DNA of 64,000 nt from positions 2,624,001 to 2,688,000 of the forward strand of contig CAWGRW010000009.1 of the NCBI GenBank assembly GCA_963825135.1, in the 5' to 3' direction. The DNA comes from an uncultured bacterium. GTDB taxonomy: Bacteria > Desulfobacterota_D > UBA1144 > Nemesobacterales > UBA2774. The position numbers and the translations under genes are program-made. Positions 9,017 to 19,385 of the stretch are shown here, one piece after another (position 1 is the first letter of the stretch; every line of letters starts with the position of its first letter). Under the pieces are notes generated by a model. That model had not been told where the DNA came from and did not search any database. It saw only the letters and a program-made list of their open reading frames with translations.

Positions 9017-10334
9017 ATGAGCATCCCCGAAGGACTCGAAGCCGCGCTTAATTTCGGATTCATGGACGCCATATTCACGAGGCGGTCGAGAAGGTTCGGC
9101 CTCGGGATGGAGATAAAGGAAGGGACCCTCGCGCACAAGTCCCGGCACGCCCCCGTGCCCCTCTCGGAGCTGGAAGAAGCGTTCCTCATATGGGCCGGGA
9201 CGGGGATGACGGGGCTGTCGCTCGGCGACCTGCCGCGCACCGGGAATCTCCTGGCTCTTCCAGTGGACGGGGAGGAGCTGGCCCTGCTCCTGCAACTCTC
9301 ATTCTACCGAGCTTTTCTACACGAACGACGACGGCGTTTACATGGTGAGGCTCCACGACGTTATGCCCGAGGGAGGCAAGAGCCTCATATTCCAGGGCAT
9401 GACCGACGACGAAAAACTCGCCAAGGTGCTCGAGCTATTCAGGAAGAGCCTCGTAAAGCTCGATGACGGGAGGGCGCAATTACCCAAAGGCGAGCCGGGC
9501 CTCTTTGACTTCAACGCGTGGAACTGCAACCGTCCGGGGACTACGTTCTTCGTCCCGGTTACGAACACGACGGTCGAGTACATGGTGCTGCTCTTCATAT
9601 ACTTCGGCGCGAAATACGGGTTCAACATAATCGACGAATTAAACGGCGGGCGGTCGTGCGGCCTCGATAAATGGATCGAGAAGGGATATATAAGGAAGGA
9701 CGTCGAGCTTTCGCTCTTCGATCTGGAGCTCCGGGTTTTGACTACGCTCAACGTCGAGCAGGCTTTCATATGCCAGAACATGAACCTTGCGTTACAGGGG
9801 CTCGGCCTCGGCGGTTGGGCGTTTACGGGACTTCTCCCGCATTACGCGCTCGGCGTTCACCCGGATCACAAGGGGCTCGGGTTCAGGTTCACGAGGCCTG
9901 AGAAGACCGTGCGCAGCGCCAAGCCTCCCGTGCCCGTCGGCAGGGACGGCGTATTCGAGGCGCTCTGCCCGCCTTACGTCGCTGACATGGGGGAGGCGGT
10001 CGATAAGTTCCTCCGCATGAGAGGGAGGTTCTGGGAAGAGGACAACCCCTACCCTTACCTTGACCCCGGAGGCGTGCTCGCCGACGAATACCACCCGAGC
10101 GAGGTCAGGATAGAGATAGTGAAGGATTTTTGTACATACGTCTATGAGAATTACGGGCGGTTCCCCGCGTTCCTCGACCCGATGTTCACGAGGCTGGTGT
10201 TCCAGGCCCACCATCTGGACCTTGAATTCTACGATAAATATTATACGGAAGGCGCATACACGGACCTCCACAAGGACCACTTCAAGCTCTGGCACCCGGA
10301 TATGAAGGACCCGTTCGGGGGCGCCGGGGACTAA
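9017..10334 (+). CDS. Nitroreductase-fold (SagB/ThcOx-like) conserved hypothetical protein, split by a 1-nt insertion near 9245
   Basis: N-terminal RRSRRF motif; frame switch gives ISWLFQWTGRSWPCSCNSHSTELFYTNDDGVY continuing into ORF 9342-10334; later QNMNLALQGLGLGGW motif. Confidence 0.65.
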
Positions 10335-10452
10335 GAATGAAAAGATATGCAGTGCCGTCATTGTAAGTGAGAACCCATCCGGCAGGTTGACACCGATGCT
10401 CGTCGTACTATACAATCTCATCAGTAGCACTTTAATCAAAGGAGGATAAAGA

Positions 10453-11142
10453 ATGCGTGATCTAGTCAAGGTTTTATCAATAATGATCTTTCTTTCGGTG
10501 ACGCTAGCCTTTTCGTCCCTTGAAGCAAACGCTCAAACCTACCTGCCCGTCGGGCCGCAAACAAATGTGCCTGTAAGTACGGTAGCCGGGGGCGGGTGGA
10601 CCGAGTGTTACCGGGATACATATAGTAATAATCTGGATGCCGACGCGGTGTTAAGGAGCTGTCCCGGGAGCCGATTGTTGCTGTCTTGCCGGTCGACCGG
10701 AAGCACTACCCTGACCCTGCTTGCCCAGGGCGACAGGAGCGACGTCACTTTCGATACGGGCGATAATTCTGACGTTCTACACATAGCCAACGGTGTCGGC
10801 TGGTATTTTAACTTCGTCGGCGGCACGAGCGAAAATAGGAACTCATGGGGATTTGTCAGAGAAGGGGACAGCGTGGAGAAAAACAATTGCGATATTGATA
10901 GCAGCGGTGCAGACAATGAAAGGTTATGCTGGCACTTGAATGAAAATGGGGGATATCGATGCGGAGCTACACAAGACCTGAATAGTTCGGAAGACTTTGA
11001 GCGCATCGTCTATACGGCCGGGTCGGGGTCGAGGTTGTCGCCCATACCCACCCTTTCCGAATGGGGCATGATAGCTACGGCGGGTATTTTAGGAATAGCC
11101 GGATTTATTATGGTTATTCGAAGAAGGAAGGCAGCCGCTTAA
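10453..11142 (+). CDS. Secreted Cys-rich protein with IPTL-CTERM sorting signal
   Basis: GGAGG RBS, signal peptide, C-terminal PIPTLSEWG + TM helix + RRRK. Confidence 0.88.
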   Translation: MRDLVKVLSIMIFLSVTLAFSSLEANAQTYLPVGPQTNVPVSTVAGGGWTECYRDTYSNNLDADAVLRSCPGSRLLLSCRSTGSTTLTLLAQGDRSDVTFDTGDNSDVLHIANGVGWYFNFVGGTSENRNSWGFVREGDSVEKNNCDIDSSGADNERLCWHLNENGGYRCGATQDLNSSEDFERIVYTAGSGSRLSPIPTLSEWGMIATAGILGIAGFIMVIRRRKAAA

Positions 11143-11173
11143 CGTCCGGGGACATCTCAATTTAAATACTTCC

Positions 11174-11198
11174 AGGGGGCTTCGGCCCCCTTTTTTTT
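11174..11198 (+). terminator. Intrinsic terminator
   Basis: AGGGGGC-TTCG-GCCCCCT stem-loop with a T8 tract. Confidence 0.9.
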
Positions 11199-11251
11199 GG
11201 TCACGGGAATAGAACGGAAATATTAGTTCGTCGGCGCGGACACGCCGCTTT

Positions 11252-12496
11252 TCAATCGCCGGGCATCCCGTAAAGGGCCAGACTCTTGTTCGCGTACCTC
11301 TTGTCGCCCGTAACTTCCCTGCCGAACCAGCCGGGGGGTGTGAAGCGGACGCTCTCTTCCACGGATGGGAATTCTACCTCCGCCACGACCAGCCCTGCGA
11401 GATTGCCTAAATAGATGTCTAGCTCGATCACATGTCTTTCGTAAGGTATTTCGTATCGCCTCTTCTCAATCTTCATCCCGACGGTCTTGGGCCACAGCTC
11501 GTTGTAGGCCTCGCTTCCAATCTCGGTCTCGATCTCTTTCCTCTCGAGACCCTGGCCTGATTTCACAGTCTTGAAGAACCTGTGCTCTTTTTTGCGCAAC
11601 CTTACCTCTGTCTCGCCGTCTGTGACCTCAAGGTATCCCTGAGATATGACGCTCGACGGATATTTATACAAATCTTCCGGAATCTCATTTACTAGAAACT
11701 TCCTCTCTATTTCGTTGTTCATGACTATTGGAATGTTAAGGTTAAGCCCCCTGTTCTCTATAATCCCCCTCATCTCCTCCCAGAGCTCGGCGTAAAACCC
11801 GGCCGAATCCGATTGCGGCAGGTGTGCGGTGAGCGGCTCCCGGTAGACACCCATCCGCTCTATATCGGAGCGGTAAGGTATGCGGGTCCTGAGTACGTTT
11901 TGCCCGTCCGACTCTATCTTCTCCATCATCTCCTGGTGGAGGCTCTTTTTAGACTCCACCATCGAGAAGAAGGCGTATAGCTTGCCCGCGTCGTATTCCT
12001 TCTTCGTAAAAAAATCCAGGAGCTTTTCGTACGTCATTACGGAAAGCGTCGTCGGAATGAGCGGTACGAATATGTAATCGGACGCGTTAAAAATGTTTTC
12101 GGAGACGAGCGATATTCCGGGCGGGCAGTCGAGGAACAGATAATCGTATTCGTGCTCTATCTCCCCGAAAATCTTCCTGAGGCGGAATTTCGAGTCCTTC
12201 ATCTCTTCGAGAGCGAGGTCGAGGTTCCGGTAGGAGAGTTTCGACGGGAGGAGGTCCAGGTTCGGGTAGTCCGTGCCCTTTATGTTCTCGTCGATATTCC
12301 TGCCGCCCTTTATGAACTTGCTCGAATTGAAGTTGCGGGACGCCTTGATGCGGAAATAATATGACGAAGCCCCCTGCGGATCGAGGTCGCATATGAGCGT
12401 CCGGAAGCCCCCCGCAGACGCGAGGTACGCGAGGTTCACCGCGGCCGCCGTCTTGCCGACCCCTCCTTTCATGCTGTAGAGGGCGAGCGTATCCAT
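11252..12496 (-). CDS. ParA/Soj-family ATPase in frame with a C-terminal CYTH domain
   Basis: KGGVGKT, DLDPQG, LDCPP; then EIERKFLV, QGYL, VRLRK, KRRY, ELDIY and AEVEF CYTH motifs. Confidence 0.85.
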   Translation of the reverse strand: MDTLALYSMKGGVGKTAAAVNLAYLASAGGFRTLICDLDPQGASSYYFRIKASRNFNSSKFIKGGRNIDENIKGTDYPNLDLLPSKLSYRNLDLALEEMKDSKFRLRKIFGEIEHEYDYLFLDCPPGISLVSENIFNASDYIFVPLIPTTLSVMTYEKLLDFFTKKEYDAGKLYAFFSMVESKKSLHQEMMEKIESDGQNVLRTRIPYRSDIERMGVYREPLTAHLPQSDSAGFYAELWEEMRGIIENRGLNLNIPIVMNNEIERKFLVNEIPEDLYKYPSSVISQGYLEVTDGETEVRLRKKEHRFFKTVKSGQGLERKEIETEIGSEAYNELWPKTVGMKIEKRRYEIPYERHVIELDIYLGNLAGLVVAEVEFPSVEESVRFTPPGWFGREVTGDKRYANKSLALYGMPGD

Positions 12497-12508
12497 AGAG
12501 TGAATACT

Positions 12509-14047
12509 CTAATTGTCCGAGAACAATTTATCAAACAGCTCCTTCATATCGCCGCCCGAGAACTCCCCGAACCTCTCGTGGAATTCGGCCCTGATTTCCC
12601 TCTGCCTCATGTAGAGCTCCGATATGAGGCCGCCCGCCGCGGCGATGCTCTCCCTGCCTTCGCTTTCCGCCGGGTCGATTTTGGATATATAGCCCTTTAG
12701 CCTCTCCTGCTGCACGTACATGTCGTTATAATCGCCGAGGTTGTCCTGAAGCACTTTCAGATGCCTGATGACTTCCTTGATCTCGTCGGCCGGGAATAGG
12801 GACTCGAAGAATTCGAGGTAGTACCTGAGCTTCTTGCACTCGATCCTGAGAGAGTGGAGTTCCCTGTCGGAAGAGCTTTCGTCTATGCCCTTTCCGAGCT
12901 TGACGGCTTTTTTATATCGCTTCCGTATGCGCCTCTTCGCGAGTTCTATAACGGGCGAGTCCGCCCCGGGCAGTAGGGCGCCTGCTTCGGCGGGCCCGTT
13001 CAGAAAATCTTCCCAGGACCCGATGCTCCGCCTGTAGGAGTCGGAGGCAAGCTCCCCGACGAATTCCCGGTGAGCCTCTTTCCTCTCGCGGGTGATTATG
13101 TCGAACAGAAGCCCGATGCCGGGCCTTAAGGCGGGCGGCAGCATGTCCGTGTACCGCTCCCCGCGCAGAAGATATATGTCGAGGTCGCGGAGCTCGTTCG
13201 ATTTCTTTCCTATACCCGAGAACTCCGCTTTGAACCTCTCCTTCACTGTCTCGGGGAAGATACCCCTTATGAGCGTAAGGGCCGAGCGGGTCCTTCTGAC
13301 CGCGACCCTGTAGTCGTGCAGGAACTCCGTGTCTATGTCTTTAATTATTCCGTCCTCGTTCTTTCTCATCGTTTCGAGAAGGCTCCTTAGTATTATTTTG
13401 ATGGCTTCCCCGGAGGGCATATCAGGCTTGAGACGGACGCTCGTCTTGGATGAATATTCCCCCGCCTTCCTCCCGGCCGCGCCGAGGGCGAGCGAAAATA
13501 TGTTCCCTTGGGCTCGCTCGAGACCCAGGCTCGAGAGATAGCCGGTCAAAGCGTTAAATTCCTCGACGTAGCCCCTCACTGGGACTGCTTCGAGCAGTCT
13601 GGCCTCACCCCCGGGCGCATCCTCGCAGCTGACTCTGATATCCTCGAAACGGACGTGAGCGACGGTCTTCTCGTCCTCGTTAATTACGTTGAACTGTCTC
13701 ACGCCGCCCTCTACCCTCACTACGGGCAATAATGCCCTTATATCGATCACCGGGCGGAGCTCCTCCCTGAGCGGTCCTTCCGGCAGGTCCCGCCAGAACC
13801 GGAGGAGGACGTCCGCGTCCGGCAGAGAGGCCGACGCCTCCATATCGCCTTCCGGGAGGCTCAGCGTCAAACGTCCGTCTTCCCGGGTCAGCAGATACCC
13901 CTTCTTGTAAAGAGCGTGATCGAATGTGTCGAGGAATAGCCGTTTTATTTCATACGGCTTTTCGGGAACGAGCGTGAAGACCCCGCCCAGCGCGACGAGG
14001 AGTGTGTCGGCATCGTCCGTTCCGGATAAAACGAAATATTCCGTCAT
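12509..14047 (-). CDS. CHAD domain protein with a degenerate CYTH-like N-terminus
   Basis: LHDYRVAVRRTRS, RDLD, LHSLRIECKKLRY..EFF and LQDNLGDYND CHAD motifs; N-terminal LDTFD..L. Confidence 0.9.
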   Translation of the reverse strand: MTEYFVLSGTDDADTLLVALGGVFTLVPEKPYEIKRLFLDTFDHALYKKGYLLTREDGRLTLSLPEGDMEASASLPDADVLLRFWRDLPEGPLREELRPVIDIRALLPVVRVEGGVRQFNVINEDEKTVAHVRFEDIRVSCEDAPGGEARLLEAVPVRGYVEEFNALTGYLSSLGLERAQGNIFSLALGAAGRKAGEYSSKTSVRLKPDMPSGEAIKIILRSLLETMRKNEDGIIKDIDTEFLHDYRVAVRRTRSALTLIRGIFPETVKERFKAEFSGIGKKSNELRDLDIYLLRGERYTDMLPPALRPGIGLLFDIITRERKEAHREFVGELASDSYRRSIGSWEDFLNGPAEAGALLPGADSPVIELAKRRIRKRYKKAVKLGKGIDESSSDRELHSLRIECKKLRYYLEFFESLFPADEIKEVIRHLKVLQDNLGDYNDMYVQQERLKGYISKIDPAESEGRESIAAAGGLISELYMRQREIRAEFHERFGEFSGGDMKELFDKLFSDN

Positions 14048-14610
14048 ACTAGCTCCATACCCCTCTCTCGCCGGCGGAGGCGGAAATAGTAATGCGCCGG
14101 GAGACTCCGCTCCTGCAGTCGATCAGGCCGACCGCACGACGGGACATATATAAATTAACCGTTCTTTTGCCCAATGCCATTCACATTTCTATCAAAGGCG
14201 CGTATATGATATTACCGGCTGCTCATTCGTCTTAATTCCGTCCAGCAGACAGGCCGCTCCGGGCCCTCTTTACGAATTTCCGGGAATATTGTATCCCCCG
14301 GCTCGATAGTTTATAATAAACATACATAAATCTTGTAACTGAAAGGGGCGGATGATATCGTAAATCCCCGCAGGATTGAGGACTTATTAGGATTCCCGCC
14401 GGAAGAACCTTTAATTTCCCCCTTCATATTTAGATTCCCATAATCAAATTTTCTTTGACAACGGGGTTCGGTTTAACATTTATGTTATGTCGGTTTTTAG
14501 TCGTATGAATTTGAGTAACCGGAAATCTGCGGGAATTTCGCGCATTGAGGATTAAAGCGGCTGATTAAATAATTGTCGATACTCACCGTCGATAAGACAC
14601 GGGGTGAAAA

Positions 14611-16219
14611 GTGAAGAAACTCAGGATAGGAATTATCGATTTTATTACGAAGTCGCCTAACAGCTCTCTCTGGGCGCGATTCATGCATGCGAACCTTGCC
14701 GGCATCATGCCGCAGGTCATAGCGTGCTGGTGCGAGGAGCTCGGACATGAGGTTACGCTGTTTTTATATACCGGCGTAGAGAGCCTTGACAGAGACGTCC
14801 CGAAGGACATCGATCTGGTATTTATAAGCTCGTTCACGCAGTCGGCGATCCAGGCTTACGCGCTAAGTAATAAATACAGGTCGGAGGGCGTCGTAACGGT
14901 TCTCGGCGGCCCCCATGCGCGCTGTTATCCGGAAGACGCGCAAAAGTATTTTGACTACGTGCTAGGGCTCACGGACAAGGATATTTGCAGGGACGTGCTG
15001 GAGGACATCGCGCATCACAGGGAAGAGGGCGTATACATGTCCGCACTGAAACAGCCCGCGACGCTCCCGGGCGTACAGGAGAGATGGAAATTCATATCCC
15101 AGGCGCTCGACAAGGCCCCCTGGATCAAGGTAGTCCCAATGATAGGCAGCGTGGGCTGCCCCTATTCGTGCAGTTTTTGTATCGACGCCGAGCAGCCTTA
15201 CCAGACCCTCGGGTTCGACCTGATAAGAGACGACCTCAGGTTCCTGCTCACGAAGTTCAAACGCCCCCTCGTCAGCTGGCACGACCCGAACTTCGGGGTC
15301 AGGTTCGACGATTATATGAATACGCTCGAAGAGGCGGTCGAGCCCAACAGCATTGATTTTATCGCGGAGAGCAGCCTGTCGCTCCTGTCGGAGCCTCATT
15401 TGAAGAGGCTCAGGCAGAACGGCTTTAAAGCGGTGCTCCCGGGTATAGAGTCCTGGAACGGCATGGGCAACAAGTCGAAGACCGGAAGCAAACAGGGGTT
15501 CGACAAGCTCCAGGGCGGTTTCCGAGCACGTCAACATGATCTTACGCTACGTGCCTTACATACAGACCAACTTCGTTCTCGGTCTCGATTGCGACGAGGG
15601 GCCCGAGTCTTTCGAGCTGACGAAGAAATTCGTGGATATGTCGCCCGCGGCTTTCCCCGCTTTTCCGCTCCTTACATCTTTCGGCAAGGCCGCCCCTGAC
15701 AACCTCCAATACCAGGGCGAGGAACGCGTCCTGCCCTTCCCGTTTCATTTCTTGAACAACAGCCACGCCATGAACGTCAAACCGAAAACGACGACGTGGC
15801 CCGAATTCTACGACAGGTTAATCGACCTGGTCCAGCATTCGTTCTCCTGGCCCTCGATCATCAACCGCTTCCGTAACACGAGTTCGAGGATACCGGCATG
15901 GATGAACCTCATGCGCGCCGTATCGACGGAGGGTTTCGGGAGGATGAGGTTCTACAGGCAGATCAGGCGTCTCCTCGACGAAGACAGGGCATTCAGGGAC
16001 TATTTCGAAGGCGAGACCAGGGTCCTGCCCGAATTTTACATGAACATGGTCAGGAAGGACCTCGGCAAGCTCTGGGAATGGCTCCCCGAAGGGGCTTTGT
16101 ATCACGACCAGAACATCTATTACAAGCTGGAGCAGGAAAAGAAGATAAACAAGCCGGCTCCGAAACAGCCGATAGGAATGAATGACGGACTCGCGGAAGT
16201 GCAGATAATGACCGGGTAA
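14611..16219 (+). CDS. B12-binding radical SAM protein, split by a 1-nt insertion near 15510
   Basis: VLGGPHA, GCPYSCSFC, DPNFG, PGIESW; frame switch gives LRAVSEHVNMILRYVPYIQTNFVLGLDCD. Confidence 0.85.
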
Positions 16220-16420
16220 TCGAAGCACGGCGTCAGGAAATATAAATTATGTATATAGCGGATAGAGGGGTTGGTTAATGTACGAAAATGCGATAACAAA
16301 GATTTCCAGATCGATATTTCCGGTGTTTTATAAACTGCACGTAGAGGGATTTGATACCTGACGATATCCCTCTTAAAAATTAGCGCGCGCCGCGCGGAAG
16401 AAGAACCTTTTATTCCGGTT

Positions 16421-17446
16421 TCATATCCTGAGCACCTTCGCCCCTTTTATCTTCCCTTCTTTGAGCTCGGTGAGGGCTTTGTTGGCGTCTTCGAGCCCGT
16501 ACTCCTCCACCTCGGGCCTGATTCCCGCCTGAGCCGCGAGTTGAAGAAACTCGCTCACGTCCCTCCTGCTCACGTTCGCGACGGACTTGATCTCCTTCTC
16601 CATCCACAGGTGAGAGGGATAATCGAGTCTGAGGAGACTCTCCTTGTCGGAGTCCTCTTTCCTTATCGCGTTAATCACGAGCCTGCCTCCGGGGGCGAGG
16701 TTCCGAAGTGCCTCGAGCACCGGCTTCCATGCGGGCGTCGTATCTATGATTGCGTCAAGCTTCACTGGCGGGTGTTCTTCCGTATCCCCGGCCCACGCCG
16801 CGCCGAGCGCCCTCGCGAACTCCCTTTCAGGCGCGCTTCTGGCAAAGACGTATACCCCGGAATTCGGGTACAGATACCGCGCCGTCTTCAGCACCAGGTG
16901 TCCCGAGGCGCCAAACCCCGTGAGTCCCAGGTTCCGGCCGTCCTCAAGACCCGTGAGCCTCAGCGACCTGTACCCTATGGCCCCCGCGCAGAGTAACGGG
17001 GCGGCTTCCGCGTCGGAAATGGCGCCCGGAATCTGAAACGCATAGTCCCCGCCCACGGTCATATATTCGGCATACCCCCCGTCCGCGTCCCTGCCCGTGG
17101 CCGTGAAGCCGGGGCAGAGGTTATCGTTCCCTTCGAGGCAGTACCGGCAATTACCGCAGGAGGAGAATATCCACGCGACCCCCACCCTGTCCCCCTCCCT
17201 GTGACGGGTCGCGCCCCCGCCCGTTTTCTCCACGACGCCAACTGCCTGGTGTCCCGGTATTACGGGGAGTCTCGGGGGAGGCGTCCTGCCCTCTATCTCG
17301 TCTAACTCCGTGTGGCAGACCCCGCAGGCCGAGATTTGTATCAGCACTTCTCCCGGCCCCGGGGAAGGCACGGGCACGTCTCTCAGGCGAAGGGGCTCGT
17401 CCCCTTTATGAACGTCCCCTGTTTTTTCAAGAACCATGGCTTTCAT
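16421..17446 (-). CDS. Zinc-dependent alcohol dehydrogenase family protein
   Basis: MKAMVL start, CGVCHTE, PGHQ, CGNCRYC..C, APLLCAGAIGYR, GFGASGH. Confidence 0.92.
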   Translation of the reverse strand: MKAMVLEKTGDVHKGDEPLRLRDVPVPSPGPGEVLIQISACGVCHTELDEIEGRTPPPRLPVIPGHQAVGVVEKTGGGATRHREGDRVGVAWIFSSCGNCRYCLEGNDNLCPGFTATGRDADGGYAEYMTVGGDYAFQIPGAISDAEAAPLLCAGAIGYRSLRLTGLEDGRNLGLTGFGASGHLVLKTARYLYPNSGVYVFARSAPEREFARALGAAWAGDTEEHPPVKLDAIIDTTPAWKPVLEALRNLAPGGRLVINAIRKEDSDKESLLRLDYPSHLWMEKEIKSVANVSRRDVSEFLQLAAQAGIRPEVEEYGLEDANKALTELKEGKIKGAKVLRI

Positions 17447-17472
17447 CGGAATCCATTCAGGTAATTTTTGCG

Positions 17473-18135
17473 TCAGCTCACCATGAGGCCGTCTTTTATC
17501 TCGAGGACCTTTTTTGTTTTCTCTGCGAGGTACATCTCGTGCGTTATCATCAGTATCGACCTGCCCTTTTCGTTTAACTCGAGGAATACGTCCATAACCA
17601 TGGCCGAGTTCTTCGAGTCGAGGTTCCCGGTAGGCTCGTCGGCCATAACTATTTCGGGGTCGTTTGCGAGCGCCCGCGCTATCGCCACCCTCTGCTGCTC
17701 CCCTCCCGAAAGCTGATAGGGCTTCCTCCCCTCCTTTCCCTTGAGCCCGAGGCTCTCTATCAGGTCGTAGCACTTTTCCTTCGCGCGGTCCCTGTCGTTT
17801 CCCCCGTTCTTCAGCATGGGTATAAGTATGTTTTCGTAGGCGGTGAGCTCGGTGATGAGGTAATGGAACTGGAATACGAACCCGATCTTTTTATTCCGTA
17901 TTCCGGAGAGCAGCTTCGCGTCTCCGAAATCTACCTTCTTATCGTCGATTACGACGTCCCCCGAAGTGGGGGAGTCGAGCAAGCCGAGTATGTACATGAG
18001 GGAGCTCTTGCCCGAGCCCGAGGCCCCGACGATGCTTATGAAATCCCCGGTCGAAATCTGAATGGATATCCCCTTCAGTATCTCGTTATCGCCGATCGAT
18101 TTCTTGATGTCCCTGCCTTCGAGGATAACGCTCAT
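17473..18135 (-). CDS. LolD/MacB-type ABC ATP-binding protein
   Basis: GASGSGKS, IGFVFQFHYL, LSGGEQQR, DEPTGNLD; ATG overlaps the upstream TGA. Confidence 0.92.
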   Translation of the reverse strand: MSVILEGRDIKKSIGDNEILKGISIQISTGDFISIVGASGSGKSSLMYILGLLDSPTSGDVVIDDKKVDFGDAKLLSGIRNKKIGFVFQFHYLITELTAYENILIPMLKNGGNDRDRAKEKCYDLIESLGLKGKEGRKPYQLSGGEQQRVAIARALANDPEIVMADEPTGNLDSKNSAMVMDVFLELNEKGRSILMITHEMYLAEKTKKVLEIKDGLMVS

Positions 18136-19385
18136 ACGCTTGACCGGAAGATGTCGACCGGGAAGAGGCGGGAGGCCCTCCAGGACGGATAGAACGAGGC
18201 GAAGAAGGCGAATACCATCGCGAATATGAAGCCCATCACGAAATACCTGGGCCTCCTGTCGAGCACGAACCCGCTCGCCCTGATTATGCCGACCAGATCG
18301 AACTTGAGGGACGCGAGCCACGCCTCTATGAGATACCCGAGCAGACACCCGAGAAGGGCGCCGATCAACCCTACGAGGAGTCCCTGGAAAACGAATATCC
18401 TCGTTATCTCCCCGTCCTCGTACCCGATGGCCTTGAGGATCGCGATGTCCCTCTTCTTTTCGAGCACGGTCATCATCATTATGTTGAAAATACCGAACGC
18501 GGAGACTATGAGTATGGCGAACACCATCATGTACGTTATCCAGTTCTGCATCTTGAATATCTGGAGGAAATTGCTGAACGCCCTTTGCCAGCTCTCGGCG
18601 TAGTACCCGGAATCTTCCGAAATCTCGGCGGCAAGGGCCTCCGCCTGGTTGACGTCCTTCACCCTGATTATGAGCTCGTTCACCTGGTTGGGCTTGTCGA
18701 GTATGGCCTGGAGCGTGCGGAGGTTCATGTAGACCCTGGACTGGTCGAGGCTCGTAATTCCGGAGCTGAAGAAATCCACCACCTTGAGCGTGTATATGCC
18801 GCCGCTCGGCGAAACCAGCGTCACCTTCTTCCCGGGCTCTTTTATGCCCAGGTCCCTCGCCAGGAGCTTCCCGATTATGATGCTGTTCCTGTCGGCGACT
18901 ATCCTGTCCAGGTTCCCGAGCTCTATGTACTCGTCGATGACGGACGCCCTCCTTTCGAGTGCGGGCTCTATACCTATGAGCGTCGCGCTCTTTTCTTTCG
19001 TGCCGTAATTGACGATGGCCTGCCCCGTGAGATGCGGGGCTATGCCGATTATCCTGTCGTCCTTTTCGTATTTATCCAGGTAATGCTTGTAGCCGATTAT
19101 CTTGTCCTTCAGGTCCTTGGGCTTGGAGCCAAGCACCTCCGTGACGATATTATCGCCGTAGGCTTCCTTCAGTATCCTGTCGGGCGTGTCGGTTGCCTCT
19201 ATCTTGAGCGTTATGTGGGCGTTTATATCCACGGCCTGCTTTATGAAGTAGATCTGGAACCCGTTCATGACGGAGCTCATGGCGATAAACGCCGCGACCC
19301 CGATGGCCACTCCGACCGTCGAGACGAACGCCTGTCTTTTCCTCTCCGTCAAGAGCTTGAAAGCGATGAACAGGATGGATCTCAA
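18132..19385 (-). CDS. LolC/E/FtsX-like ABC permease
   Basis: 4-TM architecture with a large periplasmic loop; VLEKKRDIAILKAIG, YPSWRASRL. Confidence 0.9.
   Translation of the reverse strand: MRSILFIAFKLLTERKRQAFVSTVGVAIGVAAFIAMSSVMNGFQIYFIKQAVDINAHITLKIEATDTPDRILKEAYGDNIVTEVLGSKPKDLKDKIIGYKHYLDKYEKDDRIIGIAPHLTGQAIVNYGTKEKSATLIGIEPALERRASVIDEYIELGNLDRIVADRNSIIIGKLLARDLGIKEPGKKVTLVSPSGGIYTLKVVDFFSSGITSLDQSRVYMNLRTLQAILDKPNQVNELIIRVKDVNQAEALAAEISEDSGYYAESWQRAFSNFLQIFKMQNWITYMMVFAILIVSAFGIFNIMMMTVLEKKRDIAILKAIGYEDGEITRIFVFQGLLVGLIGALLGCLLGYLIEAWLASLKFDLVGIIRASGFVLDRRPRYFVMGFIFAMVFAFFASFYPSWRASRLFPVDIFRSSV

Noticed and set aside
17447..18348. Long N-terminal extensions of the ADH and ABC ATPase ORFs
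   Set aside because: They overlap upstream genes; family-typical starts are at 17446 and 18135
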